Origin: an uncultured Verrucomicrobiae bacterium | Lineage (GTDB): Bacteria; Verrucomicrobiota; Verrucomicrobiia; Chthoniobacterales; JAFAMB01 | Reading direction: 5' to 3' | Length of the DNA stretch: 64,000 bases | NCBI GenBank assembly: GCA_963762565.1 | Contig: CAVXLD010000001.1 | Coordinates: forward strand, 288,001-352,000 | In this document: piece after piece, positions 28,277 to 38,005 of the stretch | Position numbering within the stretch: position 1 is the first letter of the stretch | How the letters are laid out: every line of letters begins with the position of its first letter | Notes under the pieces: model-generated | The model's database searches: none | What the model saw: the letters and a program-made list of their open reading frames with translations, nothing else | Told to the model about the DNA's origin: nothing | Translations under genes and position numbers: made by a program

Positions 28277-28425
28277 TATGACTTATATGACTTATACAAC
28301 TTATAAGCATATACGTCCTATAGGTCATATAAGTCCTATTCGGGCGCCTGTCCTTCCGCACCTTTCTAACACTGACGCGGCACCTCCTTCGCCCTTTCGC
28401 CGATACGCCCATCCGCCCCACGCCC
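28277..28425. repeat. Nonamer inverted array plus octamer run
   Basis: tatgacttatatgacttatacaacttataag/catatacgtcctataggtcatataagtcctat (28277-28340); ttcgccctttcgccgatacgcccatccgcccc abutting the DeoR stop. Confidence 0.85.
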
Positions 28426-29214
28426 CTACGCCACCACAACCTGCACGCCGGCCTCTTTCAGCGCTGCCGCCAGCTCCTCCGACGGCTCAGCGTCGGTCAC
28501 CAGAATTTGCATCGCGCTCAGCCCGGCAATCTGGGCAAACGAGTGTTTGCCCAACTTGGATGAATCCGCCAGAACGATCGTGCGCTGGGCAGCGCCCATC
28601 ATGGCAGCGATCATGGACGCCTCTTCCAGGACGGTGGTGGTGAGCCCTTCCTGGGCGGTGATTCCGCCAACGCCGATTATAGCGGTATCAACGGAGATCT
28701 GGATTCCAGACGCCAACACCGGACCGATCGTTACCTGTGCCTCCGGCCGGAATTGGCCGCCCATGACGTATACGTCTCGGATCAGCTCGGTCGAGAGCAC
28801 ACCTGGTACGCTGAGATTGTTCGTCACCACCGTGAGATATTGCTGGTTTAGCTCCGCCGCGAACAACCGCGTGGTGGACCCACCATTGATTAAGAGGGTC
28901 TCGCCGTCGCTAATCAGAGCCGCCGCCGCCTTAGCGATCCGTTGCTTTTCCGGCGTGCGAGTATTCAGCCTCTGCAGGAACGGCGAATCCCGATGAACCA
29001 AGGTTGTGATGGTTACAGCGCCGCCGTGAGTTCGGGTTAATGCTCCTTTTTCCGCCAATGCGTCCAGGTCGCGCCGGACCGTGTCCTCCGAGACATTAAA
29101 GTATTCCGAAATATCGGCGACGGACATCTGGCCCTTTATTTCGAGAAGCTTCAACACCTCGTTTTGACGTTGCGCCGGTAATGCGGGTTTCCGCGGCAAA
29201 TCGACCTCATCCAT
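28426..29214 (-). CDS. DeoR/GlpR-family transcriptional regulator
   Basis: RQNEVL...FNVSEDTVRRDLDALAEKGALTRTHGGA HTH; EKQRIAKAAAALI, GGSTT, TNNL, LADSSKLG, ILVTD. Confidence 0.95.
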   Translation of the reverse strand: MDEVDLPRKPALPAQRQNEVLKLLEIKGQMSVADISEYFNVSEDTVRRDLDALAEKGALTRTHGGAVTITTLVHRDSPFLQRLNTRTPEKQRIAKAAAALISDGETLLINGGSTTRLFAAELNQQYLTVVTNNLSVPGVLSTELIRDVYVMGGQFRPEAQVTIGPVLASGIQISVDTAIIGVGGITAQEGLTTTVLEEASMIAAMMGAAQRTIVLADSSKLGKHSFAQIAGLSAMQILVTDAEPSEELAAALKEAGVQVVVA

Positions 29215-29243
29215 TGGAGAATCCGGCACATTCTGCCACAAAA

Positions 29244-29324
29244 CTGCGTTAATCCAAGGCAAATACGCATTGACTATGCATTTTTATGCGCCTATCTATC
29301 TTATAAACATGCATAAAAACGCGT
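29244..29324. promoter_or_regulatory. Divergent promoter region with candidate DeoR operator motifs
   Basis: AT-rich; atgcatttttatgcg (29276-29290) and a roughly inverted atgcataaaaacgcg (29309-29323); TTGACT at 29270. Confidence 0.4.
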
Positions 29325-30694
29325 TCCCCCATGACGAATCTGATCCCGGTCCGTCCTGCCGGTCAGATATAAACTCTGATAATTCAGAGGCGGCCGACCT
29401 TTCGCCTGCATTGCGCGATGGATTGAATCGGCGCGATTTTATCAGGCGGAGCGGACTGGCTTTAGCCGGCGCAGCCGCAGCCTCCACCTTTGTCGGCCCA
29501 CGCCGCGTGTATGCAGCCGGCCCGGTCGAACTCACCTTTGCCAGCGCTAAGTTTTTCGGGAAAGAGACGATCGCCGAGGTCGTGAAATCGTTTAACGACT
29601 CTCAAAGCAAAATCCACGTCACCTACAAAGAGCTGCCACCACCCAGTTCCTCTACCGAAGTGCATCAATCCCTGGTGCAACAACTGGCGAGGCGAAATGG
29701 CGACCCGGACGTATTCACGTTGGACATTATCTGGATCGCGGAGTTCGCGGCAGCGAAATGGGCCGCCCAGCTGGATCAGTATTTCAAGGATAGCACCAGC
29801 GAATATTTCCCGGGCATGGTTCAAGGCTGCACCTGGCAAAACAAGCTGGTGGCGTTGCCCTGGTTTGTCGACTCGGGCATGCTCTACTACCGAAAGGATC
29901 TTGTGACATCAGCGCCCGCGACTTGGGATGACCTGATTGCGAGCGCCAAAGAGGCGACTGGGTCTGGCAAAGCAAAGTTCGGTTTCCTTTGGCAAGCGAA
30001 ACAAGCGGAGGTGCTGGTCTGCGATTTGGTTTCGTTCATCGGATCAAACGGAGGCTCTATTCTGGAGCCGGACGGCAAAACCGTGTCGATTGCGGACGAA
30101 CCGGCCGTTCAGGCGGTGCAATTGATGTATGACCTGATCAACAAAGAAAAAATAACCCCGGCCGACGTCTTGAGCTGGGATGAAGAACCTTCACGCCGCC
30201 CGTTCACCGGGGGTGAAGCCGCTTTCTTACGGAACTGGTCCTATGTTTGGAAGATCGCTCAAAGCGAGGCCGAATCGAAGGTGGTCGGTCAAGTGGCGGT
30301 GGTGCCGCTCCCTCACTTTTCGGACAAGAAAAGCGCTGCCTGTTTGGGCGGTTACCAGTACGGGATCAACGCATCGAGCAAAAAACTAGAGGCCGCAGTT
30401 GAGTTTGCGCGGTGGATGTCTTCTCCGGAGACACAGCTTCGATTCGCGACCCAGCTTGGTCTTTGCCCCACCAGAGCCGCGGTCTTTGAGCAACCGGAGA
30501 TCGGGACGGAACAACCTTTTATGCAACAACTCAAGGACGTCTTCCTGGGCGCGATTCCGCGGCCGGTGACACCAAAATACCCGCAAGTCACCTTGGCCTT
30601 GCAGTCAGCGGTATCGACCGCGTTAACCAACGGCAAAGTCGAGGAGTCACTCAAGGCCGCCAAACAAAAGATCGAAGCGATCGTTAAGGCGTAG
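29309..30694 (+). CDS. Carbohydrate ABC transporter substrate-binding protein (CUT1, Tat-type signal)
   Basis: NRRDFIRRSG Tat motif; PDVFTLDIIWIAEFA, ALPWFVDSGMLYYRKDL, FLRNWSY, PRPVTPKY; start codon uncertain. Confidence 0.92.
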   Translation: MHKNAFPHDESDPGPSCRSDINSDNSEAADLSPALRDGLNRRDFIRRSGLALAGAAAASTFVGPRRVYAAGPVELTFASAKFFGKETIAEVVKSFNDSQSKIHVTYKELPPPSSSTEVHQSLVQQLARRNGDPDVFTLDIIWIAEFAAAKWAAQLDQYFKDSTSEYFPGMVQGCTWQNKLVALPWFVDSGMLYYRKDLVTSAPATWDDLIASAKEATGSGKAKFGFLWQAKQAEVLVCDLVSFIGSNGGSILEPDGKTVSIADEPAVQAVQLMYDLINKEKITPADVLSWDEEPSRRPFTGGEAAFLRNWSYVWKIAQSEAESKVVGQVAVVPLPHFSDKKSAACLGGYQYGINASSKKLEAAVEFARWMSSPETQLRFATQLGLCPTRAAVFEQPEIGTEQPFMQQLKDVFLGAIPRPVTPKYPQVTLALQSAVSTALTNGKVEESLKAAKQKIEAIVKA

Positions 30695-30707
30695 GAACGA
30701 GAAAACT

Positions 30708-31019
30708 TGGTAGGGCGAGGCTCCGGAAAGACCTCATCACTTCTGAATGGCGATGGCTTTGAACCAGAATCCGATCTCCCGCCTCGATGCGCCGCTGAGC
30801 CGCATGGCCCAGGACCTGGAGGGGAGCCGCTTTGTAAGTCGGCAGCTCTGCAGGTCGTCAGCGGCTCCGAGAAGGCCCAGCGGTGTGCAGTTCTATGGGA
30901 GTCGTCTGGACCGATCGCGCTTGAACGGAGCCGTTGGGTGAAAGTATCACGCTGGGTTATTCCGGGAGCCGTGCTGCCAACCGATAGACGGCAAAGCGGC
31001 TCCCCTCCAGGCGCTGGGC
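30708..31019. repeat. GTAGGGCGAGGCTCC half-site plus four-unit GGAGGGGAGCCGC element inside the ABC operon
   Basis: ttggtagggcgaggctccgga at 30708; cctggaggggagccgcttt (30815) ... aaagcggctcccctccagg (31011), with internal gcggctcc/ggagccg units. Confidence 0.9.
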
Positions 31020-31076
31020 TGGAGAAGATACGTGTTCATCAGGAAGACGAACGGAAATCATGTTGAGTTAACATCT

Positions 31077-32012
31077 ATGCCAGTGGCGAGAACCATCACC
31101 CATGTAGACCTCGGCCCAGGGATCAAGGCGCCGCGATGGCGGCTGCCCGGTCCCTGGCTGCTATTGGTTCCTGCATTAGGAGCTATCGGAGCGGTGTCGG
31201 TCTATCCGGTGCTCCTAGGACTGTGGCTCTCGTTTCGAAACACGACCTTATCGTCTCCGGACGATGCGTTTATTGGAGTCAGCAATTATCTCCAATTGTT
31301 TTCCGACGGCCAATTCTGGAATGCCTGGACGCACACGGTTGAGTTCACCGGGGTATCAACCCTTCTGGAGACAGTCATCGGGCTGGGTATGGCGTTGCTG
31401 CTCACCGAACGCTTCTTAGGCCGCGGGATCGTCAGAGCGGCCATGCTGATTCCCTGGGCGATTCCAACCGTGGTCACATCGAAAATGTTCGGCTGGTTAT
31501 TCGACGGTCAAAATGGATTGGTGAACTATCTGGCTCGTTGTATCGGGCTGATCCATACCAACATCAACTGGTATGGATCAACCGAGTTCGCTTTGCCCAC
31601 CATCGTGATGGCGGACGTATGGAAAACCACGCCCTTCATGGCGTTGTTGCTCCTAGCTGGTCTGCAAACCATTCCCCGCTCCTTGACCGAGGCTGCCAGC
31701 ATCGATGGAGCAAATCCCTGGCAACAGTTTTGGCTGGTCCGATTCCCCTTGCTGACTCCGAGTCTCCTGATTGCCGCTATGTTCAGAGCGTTGGATGCTT
31801 TCCGGATTTTTGATCTGGTCTACGTCCTGACCGGCGGGGGACCGGCGGACTCGACGGAGGTCCTGTCCACATTGACTTATAAGAACCTCTTCTCCGCCCT
31901 CCAGTTCGGATACGGATCCGCGCTCTCGACCATCATGTTTTTGACGGAAATCGTCATCGCGATCGGCTTTGGCGTCTTTCTGTTAAAAAGGTTCCGGGAG
32001 GTGAAATTGTGA
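31077..32012 (+). CDS. Sugar ABC transporter permease (MalF-like)
   Basis: FIGVSNY, LIPWAIP, DVWKTTPF, LAGLQTIP, EAASIDGA (EAA loop), FRIFDLVYVLTGGGP. Confidence 0.95.
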   Translation: MPVARTITHVDLGPGIKAPRWRLPGPWLLLVPALGAIGAVSVYPVLLGLWLSFRNTTLSSPDDAFIGVSNYLQLFSDGQFWNAWTHTVEFTGVSTLLETVIGLGMALLLTERFLGRGIVRAAMLIPWAIPTVVTSKMFGWLFDGQNGLVNYLARCIGLIHTNINWYGSTEFALPTIVMADVWKTTPFMALLLLAGLQTIPRSLTEAASIDGANPWQQFWLVRFPLLTPSLLIAAMFRALDAFRIFDLVYVLTGGGPADSTEVLSTLTYKNLFSALQFGYGSALSTIMFLTEIVIAIGFGVFLLKRFREVKL

Positions 32013-32882
32013 GCCTCTCATATTGGCGCTCCTGAATCGCGGCTGAGAGCTCGCCCGGCCATCCGCATTTCCCGGCCATTAATCTACCTGGGCGCCGTGC
32101 TTATCGTGCTTTGGTCGGTTGGACCGTTTCTATGGCAATTTTCCAGTTCCCTGCAATTTGATCGAGATCTGATCGGTGATCCACCGAAACTGCTGCCCAT
32201 CCCGATCTGCTTCGATCATTTCGTCAATATCTTCGTGGCGAAGAGCTTTCATCGTTACATTTTCAATTCGCTGGTAGTGGCGGGTGCTTCCACTCTGCTT
32301 TGCCTGGTCATTGGCTCTGTTGCCGCCTACGCGCTGGCTCGGCTCGATATCCGGGGCCGGTTCGGCATCCTCGGTTTTGTGCTGGCAGTCTCGATGTTTC
32401 CTCAGATTGCCGTTGTGGCCCCGCTTTACATGTTAGCCTCGAATCTCGGCTGGCTCGATACCTACCGGGTATTGATTGTCGTCTATCTCGCGCTGGGCCT
32501 TCCGTTCGTGATCTGGGTCTTGTTCGGACACTTTCGCACGATCCCGATTACCCTGGATGAAGCAGCTCGGTTGGACGGCGCCAGACCGCTCACGATCTTC
32601 TTTCGGATCATCGTGCCGATCACCTTACCGGGAATTGTGACCACCGGGTTGCTTTCTTTCATCGCGGCTTGGAACGAGTTCATGTTTGCTCTCGCGTTCA
32701 CGTCGGATATCGACCGGCAGACCGTCCCGGTTGGCATCGCGAACTTTACCGATCTGCATTATGTGCCCTGGGGCGACATCGCAGCGGCGTCAGTCGTGGT
32801 CACATTTCCCTTAGTGGCGCTGGTGTTGATTTTTCAAAGAAAGATCATCTCGGGAATTACGGGAGGCGCAGTCAAGGAATGA
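32009..32882 (+). CDS. Sugar ABC transporter permease (MalG-like), apparent frameshift near 5' end
   Basis: NSLVVA, AAYALAR, EAARLDGA, WNEFMFA, QRKIISGITGGAVK. The SD-preceded GTG at 32009 is out of frame with the body; the first in-frame GTG is 32097. Confidence 0.88.
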
Positions 32883-34072
32883 ACCTGGATTCCTGGGAAG
32901 AAAAATATCTTTCCCTGGTCCCGCGACTGACCGGCCTGGCGCGAGGGATGCCTCTGACATTGTGCGGCCTGGCCACATGCACCGATGCTTATTTGCGCTT
33001 AGCTGATGCCGAACCGCTCTTTGCAGCTCGGAACGGCCCGGCCGCCCGTCTGGCCGAACTTCTCCAGCAACGCGCTGCAAGCGGCATCGGCGGCGAACTA
33101 CTTTTCGAATGGCCCGAAGCCGAGGAATGGATTGCCCAGAACTTAGCTATCTCTAGTTGGGGGTTAGGCGGAAGCGGAGCGCAAGCGGCGCAGATGTTGA
33201 CCGTGCTAGGCGCCCGCGCGCTCATCACTTTAGAAGATCGCAGCCGGCGACAGCTTTCCGTGATTCATCCCGATGTGCTGGTTGCCACCCAACAAGGTTT
33301 GGTCAAGCGCGGCGCAATAAACGATACGGGTCCCAGCAAACCCGCTCATTATATTTTCGAATTTAACGTAGGCGAACAGATCGGCACAGAACGCGCAAAA
33401 CGATCGACCCGAGTTATTGTTCGATTCGCGGATGATCGTCTCGATCGCGACCCGGCTTTTGTAGAGGCCAGCGTTGCCCATGCCAGCCAAGCAGGCGCTG
33501 CTGTAATCTGTGGATTCAATGAGGTGGCTCCAGCATCCCTTTCAGCAGAATTGGAGTACACCAAGACTCTTTTGTCTGCTTGGCGAGATCAAGGTTTGTT
33601 CAGAATCCACTTGGAACTCGGCGGTTACGAGGATTTCTCGCTCCGTGACCAAGTCCTGACTGCGTTAAGCCCGTTGATCTCTTCACTGGGTATGAGCCAC
33701 TCCGAGCTGCGGGAGATCGGGCCGGGCGACGTTGCAACTGAGGCCGGCCGTCTTCGGGCGACCTTAGGGCTCAACCGGATCTGTATCCATGCCGACACCT
33801 GGGCATTAGCGATCACTAACCACGATCCCGAACCTGAACTAGAATCGCTGATGTCCGGCTGTCTCCTCGCGGCCTGCCGAGCTGCTCAAGGCCAGGTATC
33901 AGTCCCCACTGGCGTTCCGGCGGACGCTGAGTTCCAGGATCCGCCCTATCCGCCGATTCATAAACAGAACGATAACACCCTGGTTTGCTGCCCTTCCCCC
34001 TACCTGGAACGACCAAAAGCAACCATCGGGCTCGGAGACACCTTCCTCGCCGGAACGCTATTGATGACATAG
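32879..34072 (+). CDS. ADP-dependent glucokinase/phosphofructokinase family sugar kinase
   Basis: LGGSGAQAA, HYIFEF, IHLELG, SLGMSHSEL, RICIHAD, C-terminal PKATIGLGDTF anion-hole motif; ATGA overlap with the permease stop. Confidence 0.85.
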   Translation: MNLDSWEEKYLSLVPRLTGLARGMPLTLCGLATCTDAYLRLADAEPLFAARNGPAARLAELLQQRAASGIGGELLFEWPEAEEWIAQNLAISSWGLGGSGAQAAQMLTVLGARALITLEDRSRRQLSVIHPDVLVATQQGLVKRGAINDTGPSKPAHYIFEFNVGEQIGTERAKRSTRVIVRFADDRLDRDPAFVEASVAHASQAGAAVICGFNEVAPASLSAELEYTKTLLSAWRDQGLFRIHLELGGYEDFSLRDQVLTALSPLISSLGMSHSELREIGPGDVATEAGRLRATLGLNRICIHADTWALAITNHDPEPELESLMSGCLLAACRAAQGQVSVPTGVPADAEFQDPPYPPIHKQNDNTLVCCPSPYLERPKATIGLGDTFLAGTLLMT

Positions 34073-34115
34073 AGCCCGAACTTTGAACCCCTTAGCCCGT
34101 GAATCCGAAGATGAA

Positions 34116-34273
34116 AGATCCGCAGATTACGCAGATTACACAGATTTCGTCTTACGGCTGGCTCGGGCACAGGAACAACAGGCGCACTGGGCGGTCCACG
34201 ACGGCCCCTTTAGCTCAGCCGCACTGTTCAATCTCGAATCGTAATCTGCGTAATCTGTGTAATCTGCGGATTT
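34116..34273. repeat. Nonamer (CGCAGATTA x3) inverted-repeat cassette
   Basis: atccgcagattacgcagattacacagatttcg ... cgtaatctgcgtaatctgtgtaatctgcggat. Confidence 0.92.
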
Positions 34274-34301
34274 CAAATTTCAGCTTTTTTGAGCTTAACC
34301 C

Positions 34302-35315
34302 ATGGAGAAAACAACCGTAATGAACAACAAAATCATCGATCCCGGCAAACTGCGCAGCTTTCAACGAGTGACCAGCGCAGACGGATATTTCCTGATCTGC
34401 GCACTCGATCATCTTTCCGATTTTCAGGAACTGTTAGACAGCGACGCCAACCGAGTCAGTTACCAGCAAACCGGCGAAGCAAAAAATCAACTCATTAGGG
34501 CTTTGGCCGATCAATGCACCGCTTTCCTCTTAGACGCTAGGTTTGGCTTGGCTCAAGCGATTGCTTCTCGCGCGCTTCCCGGAAGCATCGGCCTCATGGC
34601 CAGCGTTGAAGATGAGGATTACAAACCAACAACAGCGACCCGCAAGACCCGGTTTCGCGAGAATTGGGGAACGAAACAGATGAAAATGCTGGGCGTGGAT
34701 GTGTGCAAACTGTTGTGGTTCTTCCGACCGGATAGCAGTGTTGCCGATCATCAAAGAGAGGTGATCCGCGGTTTAGTTCAGGAATGTGCGTCGCTCTCAC
34801 TTCCACTCGTTGTTGAACCGATCTGGTATCCGTTAGAAGGAGAAGATCCGAAATCCGAGGCTTGGCGCGAGCGTCGCGTAGAAGGGATCATCGAGAGCGC
34901 CCGGGAAGCGAATGAGCTCGGAACCGATATGCTGAAGGTGGAATTTCCGGGCTACGTCGAGACTGAGGCCGGCAAATCGAAAGCCGCGGAGGCATGCCAA
35001 CGACTCGATTCCGCGGTGACCGTTCCCTGGGTCATTTTATCGGCCGGGGTCGGTTATGACAGCTTTAAGACTCAAGTCGAAATCTCGTGTAACGCCGGGG
35101 CGTCCGGGTTTCTCGCCGGTCGTTCAATCTGGCGGGATGCCGCTTCTACCAAGGATCCCGAGCTTCGAGAGCGAGCAGGCCTGGATGCAGCCAATCGTTT
35201 AGCCGAGCTGGCTAACATTACTCGAGCTTGCGGAAAACCATTTCGCCCTCAGCTTGAAGGCGAAGAGTTAACTCGTGCTTTCCCTGAATTCTGGTATGAG
35301 AAGTGGCAACGGTAA
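34302..35315 (+). CDS. Class I aldolase, LacD/tagatose-1,6-bisphosphate (YihT-like) family
   Basis: ICALDH, LLD-x2-FG, CKLL, LVVEPIWY, DMLKVEFP (Schiff-base Lys), PWVILSAGV, GASGFLAGRSIW. Confidence 0.9.
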   Translation: MEKTTVMNNKIIDPGKLRSFQRVTSADGYFLICALDHLSDFQELLDSDANRVSYQQTGEAKNQLIRALADQCTAFLLDARFGLAQAIASRALPGSIGLMASVEDEDYKPTTATRKTRFRENWGTKQMKMLGVDVCKLLWFFRPDSSVADHQREVIRGLVQECASLSLPLVVEPIWYPLEGEDPKSEAWRERRVEGIIESAREANELGTDMLKVEFPGYVETEAGKSKAAEACQRLDSAVTVPWVILSAGVGYDSFKTQVEISCNAGASGFLAGRSIWRDAASTKDPELRERAGLDAANRLAELANITRACGKPFRPQLEGEELTRAFPEFWYEKWQR

Positions 35316-35468
35316 GGGCGGGGCTATTCCTCGACCAGCACGCCATTAAACAACCTCGAATCAAAGCCGGCCTGATCGGACCGCCAGAGAACCAGCCGTC
35401 TTCATGCGCTTAGGGGGATGAGGGGTTTAAGCGAACCTTCGCCTAAAATGAAAAACAAAGGGAGGGAC

Positions 35469-36011
35469 CTACGGCGATACGTTTACAATTCCCATTCGCC
35501 GTCGGAACTGGGCAAGTAAGGGACCAGCGAGCGGTCGCCATCCAACCCAGCTTGCGATGATGCCGCTCACAAACGTCCAAAATCCCCAGGACTCGAAACC
35601 AACATAAGGACTTTCTAGAATCCCTCCACTTGCGAGGCGCAGATCGCTCGGGTGACCTTTTCGGTAGGCTATCTCGATTGTCTGCCCCTCTTTAACGATG
35701 TCCCAATGACTGTGTCTGTCCAGCAACCAGACTTTAGGGGACTCCGCCTTCAGGTTTGCATTACCCATTGGTTGGCAAAGGAGATAATAATCTCTGTAGG
35801 TGCTTTTTCTGGTTCTTACCACTCTGCAGAGCTTTTTTACTACAAGCCCAGACTCCGTTGCGCTCTCTTGCTGAAAAGTGTATTCGCGCCAGATAAAGGA
35901 GCTACCGATCGTCAAAAGCACCGCACCAATAACGGGAAGAATGAAACTCTTTGGGCCAAGTTCTATCTTGCTCGTTACCGTTGGTTCGGTTTCTGCCATA
36001 ACGACATCCAT
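35469..36011 (-). CDS. Hypothetical membrane protein (two TM segments flanking a small soluble domain)
   Basis: 180-aa ORF with TM near each end; resembles DUF3592-type architecture. Confidence 0.6.
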   Translation of the reverse strand: MDVVMAETEPTVTSKIELGPKSFILPVIGAVLLTIGSSFIWREYTFQQESATESGLVVKKLCRVVRTRKSTYRDYYLLCQPMGNANLKAESPKVWLLDRHSHWDIVKEGQTIEIAYRKGHPSDLRLASGGILESPYVGFESWGFWTFVSGIIASWVGWRPLAGPLLAQFRRRMGIVNVSP

Positions 36012-36107
36012 TTGACGCCCGGAAGCCGTTCATTTTGCAGAAATATCTAGGGAACCGCGAAACGATTTCCTAACTCTCAGTTCCGCCGCACACGGTCACA
36101 CGCTCCC

Positions 36108-37118
36108 TCACAGCCTCACTTCCTGCTTCTTCAATACCGACTCCAAACTCCCAAATACCACAGCGAGCGTTTTACGATTATCTTCGATACTCGGCTCCGG
36201 CTGCTGACGCTGTTCTATGCTATCGATGAAATGTTCGAGCAGCGGTAACCGGCGTTCTTGCACCGGCTCGATGGACATGAGCTCCTGAGTTTCCTGACCA
36301 GGAATCTCTAACCGGACCGAGGTCCGGAAAGAAGCCTTGTCCAGCACCCCATCCCAGAAAAGCCGGCCTTTGCTGCCGACAAACTGCCACTCCCCTTCCC
36401 AAGAGGTGGTAACCGCTCCGCGGGCGCACCAATCACCATCCCAGATCACCGGGATACCGCCCTGGAGACGCATTAAGCAAAAAGCATTCGAAGGATGCTT
36501 GAACGCGTTATCGGGAGTGTCGTGTTCCACCGCCACAACGCTGGTCACTTCGTGCTGAGTTATGAAACGCAGCAAATCAACGTGATGTACCGACATATCG
36601 AGCAGAATGGAATGCGGTAGCGCGTAAATGGAATGTTGCCGGTTTTCAATCACCTCGGGCAGATGCTTACGAAACCGAATTTTTACCGCTTGCAAATCGC
36701 CGATATCGCCTTGGGCAAGCCGTTCCCGAACTAATCCGGCTCCACCCATAAATCTGTAACCCTGAGCTGCCATCACTTTACCGGCGGCGTTTTCCGCCGC
36801 AGCCGCAATCTCCACGGCTTCCGCAATGGAGGTAACCATCGGTTTTTCTACCAGGACATGTTTCTGCAGCCGTAATGCCTCCAGTATGACTGGCTTATGT
36901 TGAGTGGGATTAGTGACCACCAACACCGCATCTGCTGAGGTTTTCGCCGTAGCGGTCGCCAGATCGGGAAAACAGGCAATACCGTATGTTTGCTGCGACC
37001 AGACAGCCGCAGCTTCGCTCTTGTCTACAGTCGCCACGACTGAAGCGCGTGGATGCGTCCGCAAAAGTTCGACCCATTCTCTTCCCCAAAATCCGATACC
37101 AACGACAATAAACTTCAT
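36108..37118 (-). CDS. Gfo/Idh/MocA family oxidoreductase
   Basis: IVVGIGFWG, KHVLVEKP, QGYRF, LLDMSVHHVDLLRF. Confidence 0.93.
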   Translation of the reverse strand: MKFIVVGIGFWGREWVELLRTHPRASVVATVDKSEAAAVWSQQTYGIACFPDLATATAKTSADAVLVVTNPTQHKPVILEALRLQKHVLVEKPMVTSIAEAVEIAAAAENAAGKVMAAQGYRFMGGAGLVRERLAQGDIGDLQAVKIRFRKHLPEVIENRQHSIYALPHSILLDMSVHHVDLLRFITQHEVTSVVAVEHDTPDNAFKHPSNAFCLMRLQGGIPVIWDGDWCARGAVTTSWEGEWQFVGSKGRLFWDGVLDKASFRTSVRLEIPGQETQELMSIEPVQERRLPLLEHFIDSIEQRQQPEPSIEDNRKTLAVVFGSLESVLKKQEVRL

Positions 37119-37122
37119 ACCC

Positions 37123-37265
37123 GAATTTCTCACAGAAGATCACAAAGGACGCAAAGATGGTTTTTAAACAGAAGAAAACCAAGGCAGCAAAGTTCAGCCT
37201 GGATGATCAGCGAAAAAACGATGCATCTATCTTCGTGACCTTTGTGACCTTCTGTTCAAAATTCC
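37123..37265. repeat. Nonamer (CACAAAGGT-like) inverted-repeat cassette filling a divergent intergenic gap
   Basis: gaatttctcacagaagatcacaaaggacgcaaagat / atcttcgtgacctttgtgaccttctgttcaaaattc. Confidence 0.88.
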
Positions 37266-37273
37266 GTTGAGTC

Positions 37274-37987
37274 ATGTTTGATATTTCCGGAAAAACAGCC
37301 CTGATCACCGGCGGAACCAGCGGCATTGGCGCCGCGCTGGCCAACCGATTCTTTGAAGCTGGCTGCCGGGTTGTGGCAGCCGGGCTTCCTGAGGAAAAGC
37401 CAAGCCCAACCCTGAACCCGAAGGTTGCCGTTGCGCCGTTGAATGTCTCTGATCCCGAAAGTATCCAGCGGCTGGTAGCCGATTTTCAAGAGCTCGACAT
37501 CCTGGTGAATGCGGCCGGGATTATCCGCCGGAGCGCCGAATACGATCTGAACAACTTTCAGACCGTCATTGATGTCAATCTTATCGGCACCATGCGGGTA
37601 TGCACAGCTTGCCATCCGCTTTTGGCTAAACGCGGCGGCGCTATTGTTAACTTGGCTTCCATGTACAGTTTCTTCGGCGCAGGGTCAGCCCCAGGCTACG
37701 GCGCCAGCAAGGGCGGCGTAGTGCAGCTAACCAAAAGTCTCGCGGTCGGCTGGGCTGCAGACAACATTCGGGTGAACGCAGTCGCTCCCGGCTGGATCGC
37801 AACTCCTTTAACGCAAGTTTTGCGCGATGATTCTGCCCGCTACACCGCCGTGATCGATCGCACTCCGCTTAAGCGTTGGGGCCAACCCGATGATATTGCC
37901 GGCGCCGTGATTTTTCTGTGCTCACCTGCTGCAGCTTTTATAACCGGGGTCGTCTTACCGGTTGACGGCGGCTATTTGATCAATTGA
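37274..37987 (+). CDS. SDR family oxidoreductase (KduD-like)
   Basis: TGGTSGIG, LVNAAG, YGASK, VNAVAPGWI, VDGGY. Confidence 0.93.
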   Translation: MFDISGKTALITGGTSGIGAALANRFFEAGCRVVAAGLPEEKPSPTLNPKVAVAPLNVSDPESIQRLVADFQELDILVNAAGIIRRSAEYDLNNFQTVIDVNLIGTMRVCTACHPLLAKRGGAIVNLASMYSFFGAGSAPGYGASKGGVVQLTKSLAVGWAADNIRVNAVAPGWIATPLTQVLRDDSARYTAVIDRTPLKRWGQPDDIAGAVIFLCSPAAAFITGVVLPVDGGYLIN

Positions 37988-38005
37988 AAGTTGAAGGCAC
38001 CCCCA

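Noticed and set aside
32879..35315. Assigning the cluster to sulfoglycolysis or tagatose-6-phosphate (lac) catabolism
   Set aside because: No sulfoquinovosidase, SQ isomerase, SLA reductase or lacAB/PTS genes are visible; substrate left open.
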